A stretch of 52,442 nt of DNA from Verrucomicrobiota bacterium (GCA_049521735.1 JBEKON010000003.1:1-52442); one strand, 5' to 3'. Shown: positions 27,796 through 39,900, counted from the first letter of the stretch. Numbers and translations are program-made. The notes: generated by a model not told the origin, from the sequence alone.

Positions 27796-29253
27796 ATGCT
27801 CGAATTCAGGAACAAAATCTTGTTCGTCGGTTACGGGGCCGTGGCGCAATGCACCCTCCCGATTCTCGTCAAGCACCTCAAGACGCCGTACCAACACATC
27901 ACGGTCATGGACTTCGAGGATCGCCGTGACGTGCTGGCGCCGTGGCTGAAGCACGGCGTGAAATTCGCGCACAAACGCGTGACGCGCGAAAACATGGGCG
28001 CGCTACTGGGCAAATATCTGGAGGCGGGCGATGTCCTGATTGACTTGGCCTGGAACATTGACTGTTGCGAAATCCTCCAGTGGTGTCATGACCGCGGCGT
28101 GCTCTACGTCAATACCTCGGTTGAGCTGTGGGACCCGTACGAGAATGCCAGAGCCGCAACGCCGCAGAAGATGACCCTGTACTGGCGTCACATGAACATC
28201 CGGCGCATGATCGGCAAATGGGCCCGGCCCGGCCCGACCGCGGTGCTCGAACACGGCGCGAATCCCGGTCTCATCTCGCACTTCACCAAGCAGGGTTTGA
28301 TTGACATCGCCAACCGGGCAATCAAGGACAGGAAGATCACAGGTAAAGCCGCTGATGAAATCAGACAACTCATCGCCGGACAAAAATTTAATCTGCTGGC
28401 GATGAAACTCGGAGTGAAGGTGATTCATTGCAGCGAGCGCGATACGCAAATCACCAACAAACCGAAGCAGGTGGACGAATTCGTCAACACCTGGAGTGTG
28501 GAAGGCTTCCGCGAGGAAGGTACCACCACCGCCGAGATGGGTTGGGGTACGCACGAAAAGGAGTTGCCGCCGCTGGCGTATGAACATGCCGAAGGCCCGC
28601 GCAACCAGATTTGCCTCGCCCGCATGGGCATTAACACCTGGGTTTCGTCGTGGGTGCCGGACTACTGCATCAACGGCATGGTCGTGCGCCATGGCGAGGC
28701 GTTCACCATTTCAGACAGGCTGACAGTCTGGGAAAGCGGTAAAGCCATCTATCGGCCCACGGTACACTATGCCTATTGCCCGGCCGATGTGGCCATCGTG
28801 TCGCTGAACGAATTGCGCGGCTACAATTACAAACTCCAGAAGAAACAACGCATTCTCAACGACGATATTACCAGCGGCTCCGACATCCTTGGCGCGCTGT
28901 TGATGGGCCACGTTTACAATTCATGGTGGACTGGCAGCGATTTGAGCATCGGCGAATCACGCCGGTTGGTGCCGCACCAGAACGCCACCACCATGCAGGT
29001 CGCCATCTCGGTCGTCGCGGCGGCCATGTGGATGATTGAGAATCCGGCCAAAGGCGTTTGTGTGCCAGACGATTTGCCGCACGAATACATTCTGAAAATT
29101 TCCAAGCCATATCTGGGTAAATGGATTTCCGAGCCGGTCGACTGGACGCCGCTGAAGCACTACAACAACGCGTTCAACGGGCACAACCATCCACAGATTG
29201 ACCGGGACGATCCGTGGCAGTTCAAAAACTTCCTGATTACCGACGGAGATTGA
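27796..29253 (+). CDS. hss: Bacterial homospermidine synthase
   Basis: Rossmann GYGAV, GANPG, NTWSVEGF, YRPTVHYAY, QNATTMQV, DPWQF. Confidence 0.92.
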   Translation: MLEFRNKILFVGYGAVAQCTLPILVKHLKTPYQHITVMDFEDRRDVLAPWLKHGVKFAHKRVTRENMGALLGKYLEAGDVLIDLAWNIDCCEILQWCHDRGVLYVNTSVELWDPYENARAATPQKMTLYWRHMNIRRMIGKWARPGPTAVLEHGANPGLISHFTKQGLIDIANRAIKDRKITGKAADEIRQLIAGQKFNLLAMKLGVKVIHCSERDTQITNKPKQVDEFVNTWSVEGFREEGTTTAEMGWGTHEKELPPLAYEHAEGPRNQICLARMGINTWVSSWVPDYCINGMVVRHGEAFTISDRLTVWESGKAIYRPTVHYAYCPADVAIVSLNELRGYNYKLQKKQRILNDDITSGSDILGALLMGHVYNSWWTGSDLSIGESRRLVPHQNATTMQVAISVVAAAMWMIENPAKGVCVPDDLPHEYILKISKPYLGKWISEPVDWTPLKHYNNAFNGHNHPQIDRDDPWQFKNFLITDGD

Positions 29254-29254
29254 G

Positions 29255-30397
29255 ATGATTCCACGACGCACACTGAAGAAACTGGCCGAACAACACGGCA
29301 CGCCGTTGTTCGTGGTGGACCACGACGAATTACGCCGCAACTACGCCACGTTCAAAAAATACCTGCCGCGCGTCCAAGCCTACTATGCCGTCAAGGCCAA
29401 CCCCGATCCCGCCATCGTCAAGACCCTGTTCGACGCCGGGGCGAGTTTCGACGTGGCCTCGATGCCGGAATTCCACATCGTCCATGAATACATCAAGGAC
29501 ATGCCCAACAAGCAGCGGCAGGACTGGATTTGGGACAAAATCATCTATGCCAACCCGATCAAGGCCAACGAGACGCTGCAGGAGTTGAACCCCTACAAAC
29601 CGCTGGTCACTTACGACAACCACGAAGAAATCCGCAAAATCAAGAAGTACGCCCCGCAGGCCGGTCTCGCGTTGCGGCTGAAAGTGCCCAACACCGGCGC
29701 GATGGTCGAACTGTCGTCAAAGTTCGGCGCCGCGCCCGGTGAAGCCGTGGACTTGATTCTTGCGGCGGACAAAGTGGGGCTGACCGTGGAAGGCATCAGC
29801 TTCCACGTCGGCAGCCAGACGACCAATTTCAAGAATTACGTCGCCGCCATCAACCTCGCCGCCAACATCTTCAAGGAAGCCAAAGACCGCGGCTACGCCA
29901 AGATGAACCTGCTCGATATCGGCGGCGGATTCCCGGCTCCCTACGACGACACGGTGAAACCGTTCCGCGAGCTGGCCGGCATCATCAACCGCGAAATCAA
30001 CCGGCTCTTTCCGAAGAACATCCAGATTCTCGCCGAGCCGGGCCGGTTCCTCTGCGCCACCGCCGCCACCGCCGTTTCGAAGATCATCGGCAAGGCCATG
30101 CGCGAAGGCAAACTCTGCTACTACATCAATGACGGCGTCTATCACACCTTTTCCGGCGTCATCTTCGACCATTGCCACTACCACCTGAAATCGTTCAAGC
30201 GCGGACCGACGCAGATTTGCTCGGTGTTCGGGCCGACGTGCGACGCGCTCGACGTGGTCTCGATGGCGGAGAATCTGCCGGGCGACCTGCAACTGGGCGA
30301 CCTGCTTTACAGCGAACAAATCGGCGCTTACAGCCACGCTTCTTCGACCTGGTTCAACGGTTTCCCGCCGGCGACCGTGGTGCACATCAACCAGTGA
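29255..30397 (+). CDS. Alanine-racemase-fold ornithine/lysine decarboxylase
   Basis: YAVKAN, FDVAS, SKFG, FHVGSQ, DIGGGF, EPGR, GPTCD, GAYS. Confidence 0.92.
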   Translation: MIPRRTLKKLAEQHGTPLFVVDHDELRRNYATFKKYLPRVQAYYAVKANPDPAIVKTLFDAGASFDVASMPEFHIVHEYIKDMPNKQRQDWIWDKIIYANPIKANETLQELNPYKPLVTYDNHEEIRKIKKYAPQAGLALRLKVPNTGAMVELSSKFGAAPGEAVDLILAADKVGLTVEGISFHVGSQTTNFKNYVAAINLAANIFKEAKDRGYAKMNLLDIGGGFPAPYDDTVKPFRELAGIINREINRLFPKNIQILAEPGRFLCATAATAVSKIIGKAMREGKLCYYINDGVYHTFSGVIFDHCHYHLKSFKRGPTQICSVFGPTCDALDVVSMAENLPGDLQLGDLLYSEQIGAYSHASSTWFNGFPPATVVHINQ

Positions 30398-30459
30398 ATT
30401 GACGGATCCCACCATTGGCTTGAATTCGCGCCCGGCTCGCATCATGCTGGTCAAAATTT

Positions 30460-31467
30460 GTGAAGCCCGATGATTTTTCCGATGCGCGGGTGCTTGTCAC
30501 CGGCGGCGCGGGCTTTATCGGCAGCGCGCTCATCTGGGCGCTGAACCGCTGCAGTTGCGAACGCATCGTCGTTTGTGACCGCCTCGGCATGGATGAAAAA
30601 CGGCGCAACCTTGCGTCGCTGCGCTTCGCCGATTATGTCGAGGCCGATGCGCTTCAGTCGCGCCTGCAAAACGGTGCGCTGGGGAAATTTGATTTGGTTC
30701 TGCACATGGGCGCCTGTTCGTCCACGACCGAGACCGATGAAAGTTTTCTTACCCGCAACAATCTTGAGTTTACCAAAGACCTTGCCGATTGGGCGCTCGG
30801 CCAAAAAACACGGTTTGTTTATGCGTCCTCTGCTGCGACTTACGGCGACGGCTCGGCAGGCATGGACGATGACGATTCGCAACTCGACAAGCTGCATCCG
30901 TTGAACCTATATGGCTGTTCGAAACATCTTTTCGATTTACATGCCAAACGCGCGGGATTTTTGAACCGAATCGTGGGGCTGAAATATTTCAACGTTTTTG
31001 GTCCCAACGAGGATCACAAGGGCGACATGCGGTCGGTCGTCCACAAAAGTTTCGGGCAGGTGCAAACCGAAGGTGTCATCCGGCTTTTCAAAAGTTACCG
31101 GAAGGATTATGCCGACGGTGAACAGAAGCGGGATTTTCTTTACGTAAAGGATGCCGTTGCGATGACGCTGTATCTGGCCGCCAACAAAGAAGCCAACGGT
31201 CTGTTCAACATCGGCAGCGGCGTGGCACGAACGTGGATTGATCTGGCAAAAGCCGTTTTCGCTGCGTTGAACCGGAAGCCGAACATCCAGTTCATCGAAA
31301 TGCCTGAAGCGATTCGCGACAAATACCAGTATTTCACCCAGGCGAACCTTGCCCGGCTGCACGCTGCCGGTTATACTGCACCCGTTACTTCGCTTGAAGA
31401 CGCCGTGAGCGATTACGTTCGCAATTATCTCGTTACCGACCGCCGCCTTGATCCAAAAACAAATTAG
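30460..31467 (+). CDS. hldD: ADP-L-glycero-D-manno-heptose 6-epimerase
   Basis: TGGAGFIGS, HMGACSSTTE, YASSAATYG, PLNLYG.SK, YFNVFGP.E.HKG.M, YQ.FTQA. Confidence 0.95.
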   Translation: MKPDDFSDARVLVTGGAGFIGSALIWALNRCSCERIVVCDRLGMDEKRRNLASLRFADYVEADALQSRLQNGALGKFDLVLHMGACSSTTETDESFLTRNNLEFTKDLADWALGQKTRFVYASSAATYGDGSAGMDDDDSQLDKLHPLNLYGCSKHLFDLHAKRAGFLNRIVGLKYFNVFGPNEDHKGDMRSVVHKSFGQVQTEGVIRLFKSYRKDYADGEQKRDFLYVKDAVAMTLYLAANKEANGLFNIGSGVARTWIDLAKAVFAALNRKPNIQFIEMPEAIRDKYQYFTQANLARLHAAGYTAPVTSLEDAVSDYVRNYLVTDRRLDPKTN

Positions 31468-31546
31468 TGACTGACAAAAAAACGCCGACATTTCTTGTAA
31501 CCTTGGCCGGATTTTGCCTAAGTAACGGGTAAGACCTTTACAAAAT

Positions 31547-32332
31547 ATGGAATCCACCCCGTCCATTCCTGAACTGCAGCCGGTCGGATCCCACCCGTCT
31601 GCGACGTCACTTGCCGGACGGTTGCTGAATGTTTTTGCCGCGCCGGGCGATGTTTTCGACGAAATCAAAACTGCTCCACCGTGCGTCGGCAACTGGCTCG
31701 TGCCGATCCTGATTTACGCCGTGGTGGGCGTGATTTCCGTGTGTATTATGTTTGCCCAACCCGCCATCCAACAGACCATTCATGACCAGCAGGTCAAGGC
31801 GCTCGATAAACAGGTGCAACAAGGCAAAATGACCCAAGCCCAGGAAGACAAGGCTTTGCAGGTGATGGAGAAGTTCATGGGGCCGACGATGCTGGCCATC
31901 TTCGGCAGCTTTGGCCTCGTCATCTACAGCTTCGTCTCGGCTTTCGGCTGGGCGTTGGTGTTGTGGCTGGCCGGGCGCTGGCTCCTCAAGTCCCAATTTG
32001 ACTACATGAAGGTGCTTGAGGTTGCCGGGTTGTCCTCCGTCATTTTTGCCCTGGGCATGGTCATCTCAACACTGCTCGCCGTGATCCTCGGCCGGCTCTA
32101 CGTCGGGCCAAGCTTGGCGCTGTTGGTGGACAATTTTGATCCGAAGAATCGCGGTCACCTTTTGCTGGGCGCGGTCAATTTAATCTATCTCTGGCACACG
32201 GGCGTGCTGGCCATCGGGCTGGCCAAACTTTCAGGTGGGTCGATAACCAAGGCCTTTGCAGTCGTTTTCGGCTTTTGGGTGCTGATTGAGCTGTTGCTCA
32301 TTGCCATCGGTCTGGGACAGTGGGCATTATGA
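31547..32332 (+). CDS. Yip1-family membrane protein (YknW-like)
   Basis: LNVFAAPGDVF..I start and about five TM segments; first gene before the MFP/ABC genes. Confidence 0.78.
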   Translation: MESTPSIPELQPVGSHPSATSLAGRLLNVFAAPGDVFDEIKTAPPCVGNWLVPILIYAVVGVISVCIMFAQPAIQQTIHDQQVKALDKQVQQGKMTQAQEDKALQVMEKFMGPTMLAIFGSFGLVIYSFVSAFGWALVLWLAGRWLLKSQFDYMKVLEVAGLSSVIFALGMVISTLLAVILGRLYVGPSLALLVDNFDPKNRGHLLLGAVNLIYLWHTGVLAIGLAKLSGGSITKAFAVVFGFWVLIELLLIAIGLGQWAL

Positions 32333-32398
32333 AACTTGCGCGAAAACCTTGATTTTGCGGAACGAATTCATCTTGGCGATGTCTTAATACCAAATACC

Positions 32399-33718
32399 AT
32401 GGCAAAACCTAAAAAACGCCGGAAGATCATCATCTCTTCGGTCATCGGCCTGGCGCTCGTTGCGTTGACGCTGGTAGCCGTTTTCAAAAAACACGAACCG
32501 GCTATTACGGTTCAAACGGAACCGGTTGCGCGCCACAGCCTCACCAACATTGTTGTGGCCAACGGTAAAATTCAGCCCGTTGTGCAGGTCATGATCAGCC
32601 CGGAAGTAAGCGGCGAAATCATCGAACTGCCAGTCAAGGAAGGCCAGGAGGTCAAGAAAGGCGATCTACTGGTGAAGATCAACCCGGACATTTATATCGC
32701 CGCGGTCAACCAGGCGAAGGCCGGTTACGAATCCTCGCTCGCCACCAAAGCCTCGGCGGAGGCGAACCTGGAAAAAGCCCAGGCGGACTACGACCGCAAC
32801 CAGGAATTGTTCCACCAGAAGCTGCTTTCAGCCTCGGATTTTATTGGTTTCAAATCCGCCCGCGACGTGGCCAAGGCGCAACTCGACAGCGCCAACGACC
32901 AAGTCAATGTGGCCAAGGCCACCGTGGACAGCGCCGAGGAGGAATTCGCCAAAACCACCATCGTTTCCCCGCTCGACGGCACCATCAGCAAATTGAACTC
33001 GCAACTCGGCGAGCGTGTGCTGGGTACCGTGCAAAATGCCGGGACCGTCATCATGATCATTTCGGACCTGAACCAGATGGAGGCCCGCGTGGACGTTGGC
33101 GAAATGGACGTGGTGGACATCAAGCCCGGCCAGAAGGCTTGGCTGGACGTGGACGCGTTCAAGGACCGCAAATTCAACGGTATGGTGACGGACGTTGCCA
33201 GTTCATCGAAGGACAATTCCAGCGGCAGCAGCCAGTCGCAGGAAGCCACCAAGTTCCAGGTGCGCATCCGGCTCAACGACAAGGAATCCTTTCGCCCGGG
33301 CATGTCCGTCAGCGCCGAGATTGAAACCAGTTACCGCACCAACGTGCTGACCGTTCCACTGGCCAGCGTCACCACCCGTCCTCCAAAACCAGCGCAAAAG
33401 CAAATGGATTCCGGCACCAATGCGGTCAAATCCAGTGTGACCAATATTTCTTCCGCCACCAACGCCGTGGCCGCCGACAAAAAATCCAAGGAATCCTCCA
33501 AGATGTTGGACGTCGTGTTTGTGGTGAAAGGCAACCACGTGAAGGCCGTGCCGGTGAAAATCGGCATTTGCGACGACAATTACTGGGAAATCACCGACGG
33601 TCTCACCAACGGCGAAGAAATTGTCTCCGGCGGTTACCGTGCCATCAGCCGCGACTTGGACGACGGCAAAAAAATCCATAAAGGCGCTGCCACCCCTGAA
33701 ACGCCGAAGAAGGACTAA
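32399..33718 (+). CDS. Periplasmic adaptor / membrane fusion protein (MacA/YknX-like)
   Basis: N-terminal TM, ISPEVSG.I, VKEG..VKKGDLL, I.SPLDG, RPGMS. Confidence 0.92.
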   Translation: MAKPKKRRKIIISSVIGLALVALTLVAVFKKHEPAITVQTEPVARHSLTNIVVANGKIQPVVQVMISPEVSGEIIELPVKEGQEVKKGDLLVKINPDIYIAAVNQAKAGYESSLATKASAEANLEKAQADYDRNQELFHQKLLSASDFIGFKSARDVAKAQLDSANDQVNVAKATVDSAEEEFAKTTIVSPLDGTISKLNSQLGERVLGTVQNAGTVIMIISDLNQMEARVDVGEMDVVDIKPGQKAWLDVDAFKDRKFNGMVTDVASSSKDNSSGSSQSQEATKFQVRIRLNDKESFRPGMSVSAEIETSYRTNVLTVPLASVTTRPPKPAQKQMDSGTNAVKSSVTNISSATNAVAADKKSKESSKMLDVVFVVKGNHVKAVPVKIGICDDNYWEITDGLTNGEEIVSGGYRAISRDLDDGKKIHKGAATPETPKKD

Positions 33719-33721
33719 GCT

Positions 33722-34420
33722 GTGGCGCTCATCCGCCTCCAGAATATTTCGCGGTGTTACCAGATGGGCGCGGAGACCGTCCATGCTTTGCGTGACGTGT
33801 CGCTCGAAATCCAGCGTGGTGAATACGTCGCCATCATGGGGCCGTCCGGCTCCGGCAAATCCACGTTGATGAACCTCATCGGCTGTCTCGACACGCCGAC
33901 CTCCGGCCGCTACGAATTGAACGGCATCAACGTCGGCGAGATGAATGACAATCAACTGGCGGAGGTCCGGAACCGCGAAATCGGCTTCGTGTTTCAAACC
34001 TTCAACCTGTTGCCCCGCTCCAATGCCTTGCACAATGTCGAGTTGCCGCTGATTTACGCCGGTGTGCCCGCCGACGAACGGCGGAAGATTGCGCTGGGAG
34101 CGATTTCCCAGGTCGGTCTGGCCGACCGCATGCACCATAAGCCCAATGAACTTTCGGGCGGCCAGCGCCAGCGGGTCGCCGTCGCCCGTGCCCTCGTCAA
34201 CAAACCGTCCATCCTGCTGGCCGACGAGCCGACCGGGAACCTGGACTCCAAAACTGGCGCCGAAATCATGGCGTTGTTCGGGGAGCTTTCGCAAAAAGGC
34301 AACACCATCATCGTGGTCACGCACGAGGAAGACATCGCCAGGCAGGCCCGCCGGGTCATTCGTCTCCGCGACGGTTTGATTTCCAGCGACGAGAAGCGGG
34401 GCGACCAACCTGCGCCATGA
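33722..34420 (+). CDS. ABC ATP-binding protein (MacB/LolD family)
   Basis: [27 protein letters not shown]. Confidence 0.96.
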   Translation: MALIRLQNISRCYQMGAETVHALRDVSLEIQRGEYVAIMGPSGSGKSTLMNLIGCLDTPTSGRYELNGINVGEMNDNQLAEVRNREIGFVFQTFNLLPRSNALHNVELPLIYAGVPADERRKIALGAISQVGLADRMHHKPNELSGGQRQRVAVARALVNKPSILLADEPTGNLDSKTGAEIMALFGELSQKGNTIIVVTHEEDIARQARRVIRLRDGLISSDEKRGDQPAP

Positions 34421-35646
34421 ACCTGCTCGCTGAACTTCGTGAAGGCTTTGGCATCTCGTGGAACGCCATCCGCGCGAACAAAATGCGTTCCGTACTCACC
34501 ACGCTCGGCATCGTCATTGGCATCGTCACCGTCACGCTCATGGGCACGGCCATCGAGGGATTAAACAGGTCTTTTCTCAAAAGCATTTCGTCCCTTGGCG
34601 CGGACGTGTTCTATGTCCAACGCTTCAGTTGGCTTAACAGAACCTACGAAGATTGGAACAAACAGCAGAAGCGTCGCCCGATCCGGCTTGTGGAAGCCCG
34701 GGCACTGGCCAACCAGTTGACACTCGCCGAGGCCGTCGTGCCTACCGTGGACATAAACGCCCCGCTAAAATACAAGAACCGCAGTGTCAGCACTGTGACG
34801 GTCATCGGCACGACCGACACCTACCTGCACACCAGCGGCGTCGGCGTTTCACAAGGCCGCTTTCTTTCCGCCGCGGACGCCGAAGGCGGCCGGCCCGTGT
34901 GCGTCATCGGCACCCAGGTGGCGACCAATCTCTTTCAACAGGAACCGCCCTTGGGCAATAAAATCAAGATCGGGGCGCAGTCTTATGAAGTCATCGGCGT
35001 GATGGAAAAACAGGGATCGTTTCTCGGCCTCTTCAGCCTCGACAATCGCGTGATCATTCCGCTGAAACAACTCATGGCCACGTTTTGGGGCAACCCGGAC
35101 ATCGAAATTCAAGTCAAGGCAAAGAACCTCGTGCAACTGGACGAAGCCCGCGAGGAACTGCGCCAGGTCATGCGCCGTGTCCGCCGGATCGCGCCGGATA
35201 AGCCGGACGATTTCTCCATCAACCAGCAGGATCAGTTCGTCCAGATGTTCGATCGCGTGGCCGGCACCATTGCCGTTATCGGCCTGTTCGTTACCGGCCT
35301 GTCCCTGTTCGTCGGCGGCATCGGCATCATGAACATCATGTTCGTGTCGGTGGCCGAGCGGACCCGCGAAATCGGCATCCGCAAGGCCATTGGCGCCAAG
35401 CGACGCACCATCCTGCTGCAGTTCCTGACCGAGGCCGCCTGCATTTGCATGCTCGGCGGACTGATCGGACTGGCCATTGCCTGGCCGTTGACGCTCGTGG
35501 TGCAGCGGTTTCTGCCCACGACGATGTCATTGACGGTCGTGGGCATTGCGCTGCTCGTATCGCTGGTGACGGGGGTGGTTTCGGGATTCGTCCCCGCCTG
35601 GCGCGCCGCGCGCATGAACCCGGTGGATGCGTTGAGAAGCGAATGA
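34417..35646 (+). CDS. ABC permease (MacB/FtsX family) 1
   Basis: [45 protein letters not shown]. Confidence 0.95.
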   Translation: MNLLAELREGFGISWNAIRANKMRSVLTTLGIVIGIVTVTLMGTAIEGLNRSFLKSISSLGADVFYVQRFSWLNRTYEDWNKQQKRRPIRLVEARALANQLTLAEAVVPTVDINAPLKYKNRSVSTVTVIGTTDTYLHTSGVGVSQGRFLSAADAEGGRPVCVIGTQVATNLFQQEPPLGNKIKIGAQSYEVIGVMEKQGSFLGLFSLDNRVIIPLKQLMATFWGNPDIEIQVKAKNLVQLDEAREELRQVMRRVRRIAPDKPDDFSINQQDQFVQMFDRVAGTIAVIGLFVTGLSLFVGGIGIMNIMFVSVAERTREIGIRKAIGAKRRTILLQFLTEAACICMLGGLIGLAIAWPLTLVVQRFLPTTMSLTVVGIALLVSLVTGVVSGFVPAWRAARMNPVDALRSE

Positions 35647-36905
35647 AATTGCACCGGCCAACACTGCTGCTCGCCGAGGTCCGCGAAAGTTTCTCCATGG
35701 CCATGAACGCGCTGGTCGCCCACAAGCTGCGCTCGGCGCTCACGCTGCTCGGCGTATTGATCGGCGTGTTCTCGATCATCGTTGTGATGACGGCGATGCG
35801 TGTGTTGAAGCGTAACATCGAGACGGACTTGAGTCAGTTGGGAGGCCGGACCTTCGCGATCCAGAGATGGCCGGCGATTTATATCGGTGGTCCGGAGGGG
35901 GCCGAGAAATACTGGCGGCGCAATTACATCACCCTCGCCCAGGCACGGCGGGTGCAGGAGAAGGCCACCCTCGCCAGCAGCGTCGGCGTCGAACGCAATT
36001 TCTGGGGCGGCCAGGTCGGGACGCGCTATCAGAAAACTCCGCCCACAGTGCAGTTGCTGGGCGAGACGCCGGAAAGTTTTCCAGCCCGCAATTGGATCGT
36101 CGCCGAAGGCCGTGCCTTGACGGAACCCGATGTGGACAACATCCGCGATGTTTGCGTGTTGGGCAGTGCGCTGGCAAAAACCGTCTTTCCATTCGGCTCG
36201 CCGGTCGGCGAACGCCTCAAGATCAACGGTATCAATTACACCGTGGTTGGCGTGCTCGCGCCCAAGGGTGGTTCGGTCGGCGGGGAACAGGACAATTTCG
36301 CCGTCGTGCCAATCACCACGGGACTAAGCCGCTTTGGACGCTGGTCGTCGAGCCTGATGATCCTCGTTCAGGCGCGCGACGCGGAGAGTTATGATGATAC
36401 TGTCGAACAGGTGCGCGGCATCCTGCGCGTCATCCGCAAAGTCCCGCCCGGGGTGGAAGACGACTTCGAAATCTTCTCGAACGACTCTATCATCACGCAG
36501 TTCAACTCGTTCACCTTCGCGGTGCGCATCGGCGTTTCGGTCATCAGTTCGATTGCGCTGCTCGCTGCGGGCATCGGCATCATGAACATCATGCTCGTCT
36601 CGGTCACGGAGCGGACGCGCGAGATCGGCATCCGCCGCGCCATCGGCGCCAAGAAGCGGAACATCATGACGCAATTCATCATGGAAGCAGTGGTTTTGTG
36701 CGAAGTCGGCGGCGTCATTGGCGTGGTGCTCGGCATTCTCGGCGGCAACGCCCTGGCGTGGTATATGAAAACCCCACCCGCGATACCGGTTGATTGGATT
36801 GTGCTGGGGCTGATGATTTGCTCGCTGGTCGGAATTATTTTCGGGACCTACCCGGCCTATAAAGCGGCAAACCTCGATCCGATTGAGTCGCTGCATTACG
36901 AATAA
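35643..36905 (+). CDS. ABC permease (MacB/FtsX family) 2
   Basis: Same motifs as the preceding gene; ATG 35643 overlaps the previous stop (ATGA). Confidence 0.95.
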   Translation: MKLHRPTLLLAEVRESFSMAMNALVAHKLRSALTLLGVLIGVFSIIVVMTAMRVLKRNIETDLSQLGGRTFAIQRWPAIYIGGPEGAEKYWRRNYITLAQARRVQEKATLASSVGVERNFWGGQVGTRYQKTPPTVQLLGETPESFPARNWIVAEGRALTEPDVDNIRDVCVLGSALAKTVFPFGSPVGERLKINGINYTVVGVLAPKGGSVGGEQDNFAVVPITTGLSRFGRWSSSLMILVQARDAESYDDTVEQVRGILRVIRKVPPGVEDDFEIFSNDSIITQFNSFTFAVRIGVSVISSIALLAAGIGIMNIMLVSVTERTREIGIRRAIGAKKRNIMTQFIMEAVVLCEVGGVIGVVLGILGGNALAWYMKTPPAIPVDWIVLGLMICSLVGIIFGTYPAYKAANLDPIESLHYE

Positions 36906-36906
36906 A

Positions 36907-39900
36907 TTAATCCTCCGCGAACAAATACTCCAAATCCGTCGTGGTGAGGCTGCGGGCAAAACCTTCCTCGCCCAGCACGTCGGCAATCGTCTGCGCCTTG
37001 CTTTGTTGCAGTTCCCAGATTTTTTCCTCGACGGTGCCGGGCGCGATGAGCCGGTAGGCGTTGACGGTCTGCGTCTGGCCGATGCGGTGCGAGCGGTCAA
37101 TGGCCTGCGCCTCCACCGCCGGATTCCACCACGGATCGTAAAGAACGACATAGCTGGCGTTCGTCAAATTCAAGCCCGTTCCCGCCGCGCGCAGACTCAG
37201 CAAAAATACGCCGGGGTTTGTGTCGCCTTGGAACGCGCTGACGACCTGCTGCCGATTCTTGGTCTGGCCGGTGAGAATGTGCGTGTTGATTTGCCGGTCG
37301 CAACATTCCTTTTCCAGCAGTTGCAGCATCTTGACGAACTGGCTGAAGACCAAAACCTTTTGTCCCTCGGCGATCAACGGATCGAGCAGTTCAAAGAGCG
37401 TTTCGGTCTTGCCGGACGCGGTGTCGCTGCCGACGAGCCGCGGATGGCAGCAAATCTGGCGCAACCGCGTGAGCGCGGCGAGCACGTGCATCTTGCTTTT
37501 GTTGAGGCCTTGCTCCGCAACGGTCTGCATGATTTGGTCGCGGCTGCGGCGCAATTCAGCAAGGTAAAGTTTCCGCTGCTCATCACCGAGCGGACAATCG
37601 CGTCGCTGCTCGATGCGGTCGGGCAAATCCTTCGCGACATACTTTTTCAGACGTCGCAGCAGCAACGGGCGCAATTTGGCCGAAAGCCGTTTGCGCGCGA
37701 TGCGCTGGATCGACTCGGTTTTCTCGCTGCGCGACTGCTCGACCGGAGCGGTTTCTTCGGTGACCTGTGCGCGCGGCTCGTAGGTTTCGAGAAACTGTTC
37801 CTGATTGCCGAGGTAGCCGGGCTGGATGAAATCCACAATGCTCCACAAATCCAGCAGCCGGTTTTCGAGCGGCGTGCCGGTGAGCGCAAGGCGATGCTCG
37901 GACTTGAGTTGCTTGACTGACTGAGTGACCTGCGCGCCCGGATTTTTGATGAACTGCGCCTCGTCCAAAATCACCGCCCGGAATGCGAACTTTTGAAATT
38001 CCTCCAAATCGCGCCGCAGCAGCGCGTAGTTGGTCACGATCAAATCGTGCTGCGGAATCTGTTTTCGCAAATTATGCCGCGCCGCGCCGCTTTCGAGCAC
38101 GAGCACCTTCAAATTCGGCGTGAACCGGTTCGCTTCGCGCCGCCAGTTGTGCAGCACGGACGCCGGGCAAATGACGAGCGACGGCTTGGGATTTTTTGCG
38201 TGGCGTTCCTTGAGCCACGCCAGCCACGCGAGCGCTTGCAGCGTTTTGCCGAGGCCCATGTCGTCGGCGAGAATGCCGCCGAGTTTGATTTGCGTGAGGT
38301 GGCAAAGAAAGTCGAAGCCGTCCTTTTGATACGGACGCAACTCGGCTTGCAAGCCTTTGGGCAAGGGCATGGACGGAACGCCTTTGAATTCGCGGACACG
38401 TTCGCGCAATGCCTTCGCCTCCTGCGTATCGGCGAAACGCGCAAGTTCGTTCGCGTCCAAATGAGCGACGTGCTCCATGCCGACTTTTTGAGGCACGGCG
38501 ATGAGACCGTCCACGCCCATTTCTGCCATCGCTTCATGCGCGCCTTGCACGGCGGCAGTGTCAAGTTCGACCCAGCCGGAGTTCGGCAGTTTGACGAAAC
38601 GGCTGGTGGAGGCGGCGAGTCGTTCGAGATCGGCCTTGGTCAGTTTGATCCCCTCCGCTTCCCATTCGGCGGAGACGGAAAGCCAGTCAATGCCGCTGCC
38701 TTTGACCACGAGCCGCGGCTTGAGCTGGCGCGGTTGCAGGAACAGGCGGTGAAACGCCGGGTTGCCAAGAAATTCCGCTTCGCTGGGGCGTTCCGCCCAC
38801 ACGGCCGCAAGCGTGCCAAGAAAGTTTTCGTTCGCGTCGCCAATCCACAAACCGGGTTCGGGTGTGAACCAGTCAAGTTTGCGCAGCCATTGGATTGCGG
38901 GTTCGAGGCGCGGGTCATCGAGAATTTCCGGTTTGTTGCCCGGACGCTTTTTTGGTTCGTTCGCGACCCATTCGCGGCCGTTCCAAAACCAAACGCTTTG
39001 ATCGCGGAGACTCCTGGCGAGCAGACGCAACCGCACCGTATCGTCGAGCAGCTCGAAAACGAACTGTGACTTGGCCGGATGCGCGATGCAAAGCTGCTCC
39101 CAATCCACGCCGTGATTCGACTGCGTCTTGCGCAGGTGCAGCAACAGCCGATGGCTCAGTTTGCGCACCGGTACGGACGGTTTGTGTGCGAGATATTTCA
39201 GCACCGGCGGCGGCGGCGCGTTGCGCAGCAGATAAAACGTGCCGTTGACCAGCGCGAGCGGCGGCTGGCGGTTGAAAAATTTCACGTCGGCGACGGAATG
39301 ATTTTTGCCGCCGGGCAATTCGATGCGGTGCGTAAACGAAAGTTCCTTGTCGCCGTTGTCGAGGTGCGGCGTGAGCGCGGCGACTTGACCGTGAAATTGC
39401 AACGGCTTGCCGTCGCATTCAAGGCGCGGCATGTGACCCCAGCGCGCGAGCCATTGGAGCAATTCAGCGTCCGACAAAATCAGCGTGTCCGCGCCGTCGT
39501 TGCGATCGCGATGCGTGTCGGCGAGCCACTGGATGAATTCCCAATCCGCGGGCGGGAACAGTTCCTGTTCATGCGTGGCGCGAACGACGAGGTCGATCAA
39601 CTCGCGCAATGTGCGCGCCTTTTCACCGGTGCGTGGACGTGACAAAAGAAATTGCACCGCGAGACGGTAACACGACGACTCGTCGTCCGGCTGCACACGG
39701 CAAACGACGCGGAGCGTGGCGCGCGGCGTGTCGAGCAGCGGCAGCGCCGGTGGCGAAAGCCAGTTTTCGAGTTCCTGCACCAGTCTCAGTTCCTTCTCAG
39801 CTTCCTCGGCTTTGGCAAAACGGTCGAGGCTGGCGTGGGGTTGCAATTCAGGAGGCACGGAACGTTTCGCGCGGAGAAAAATAAATACGAGTTCTTCAAG

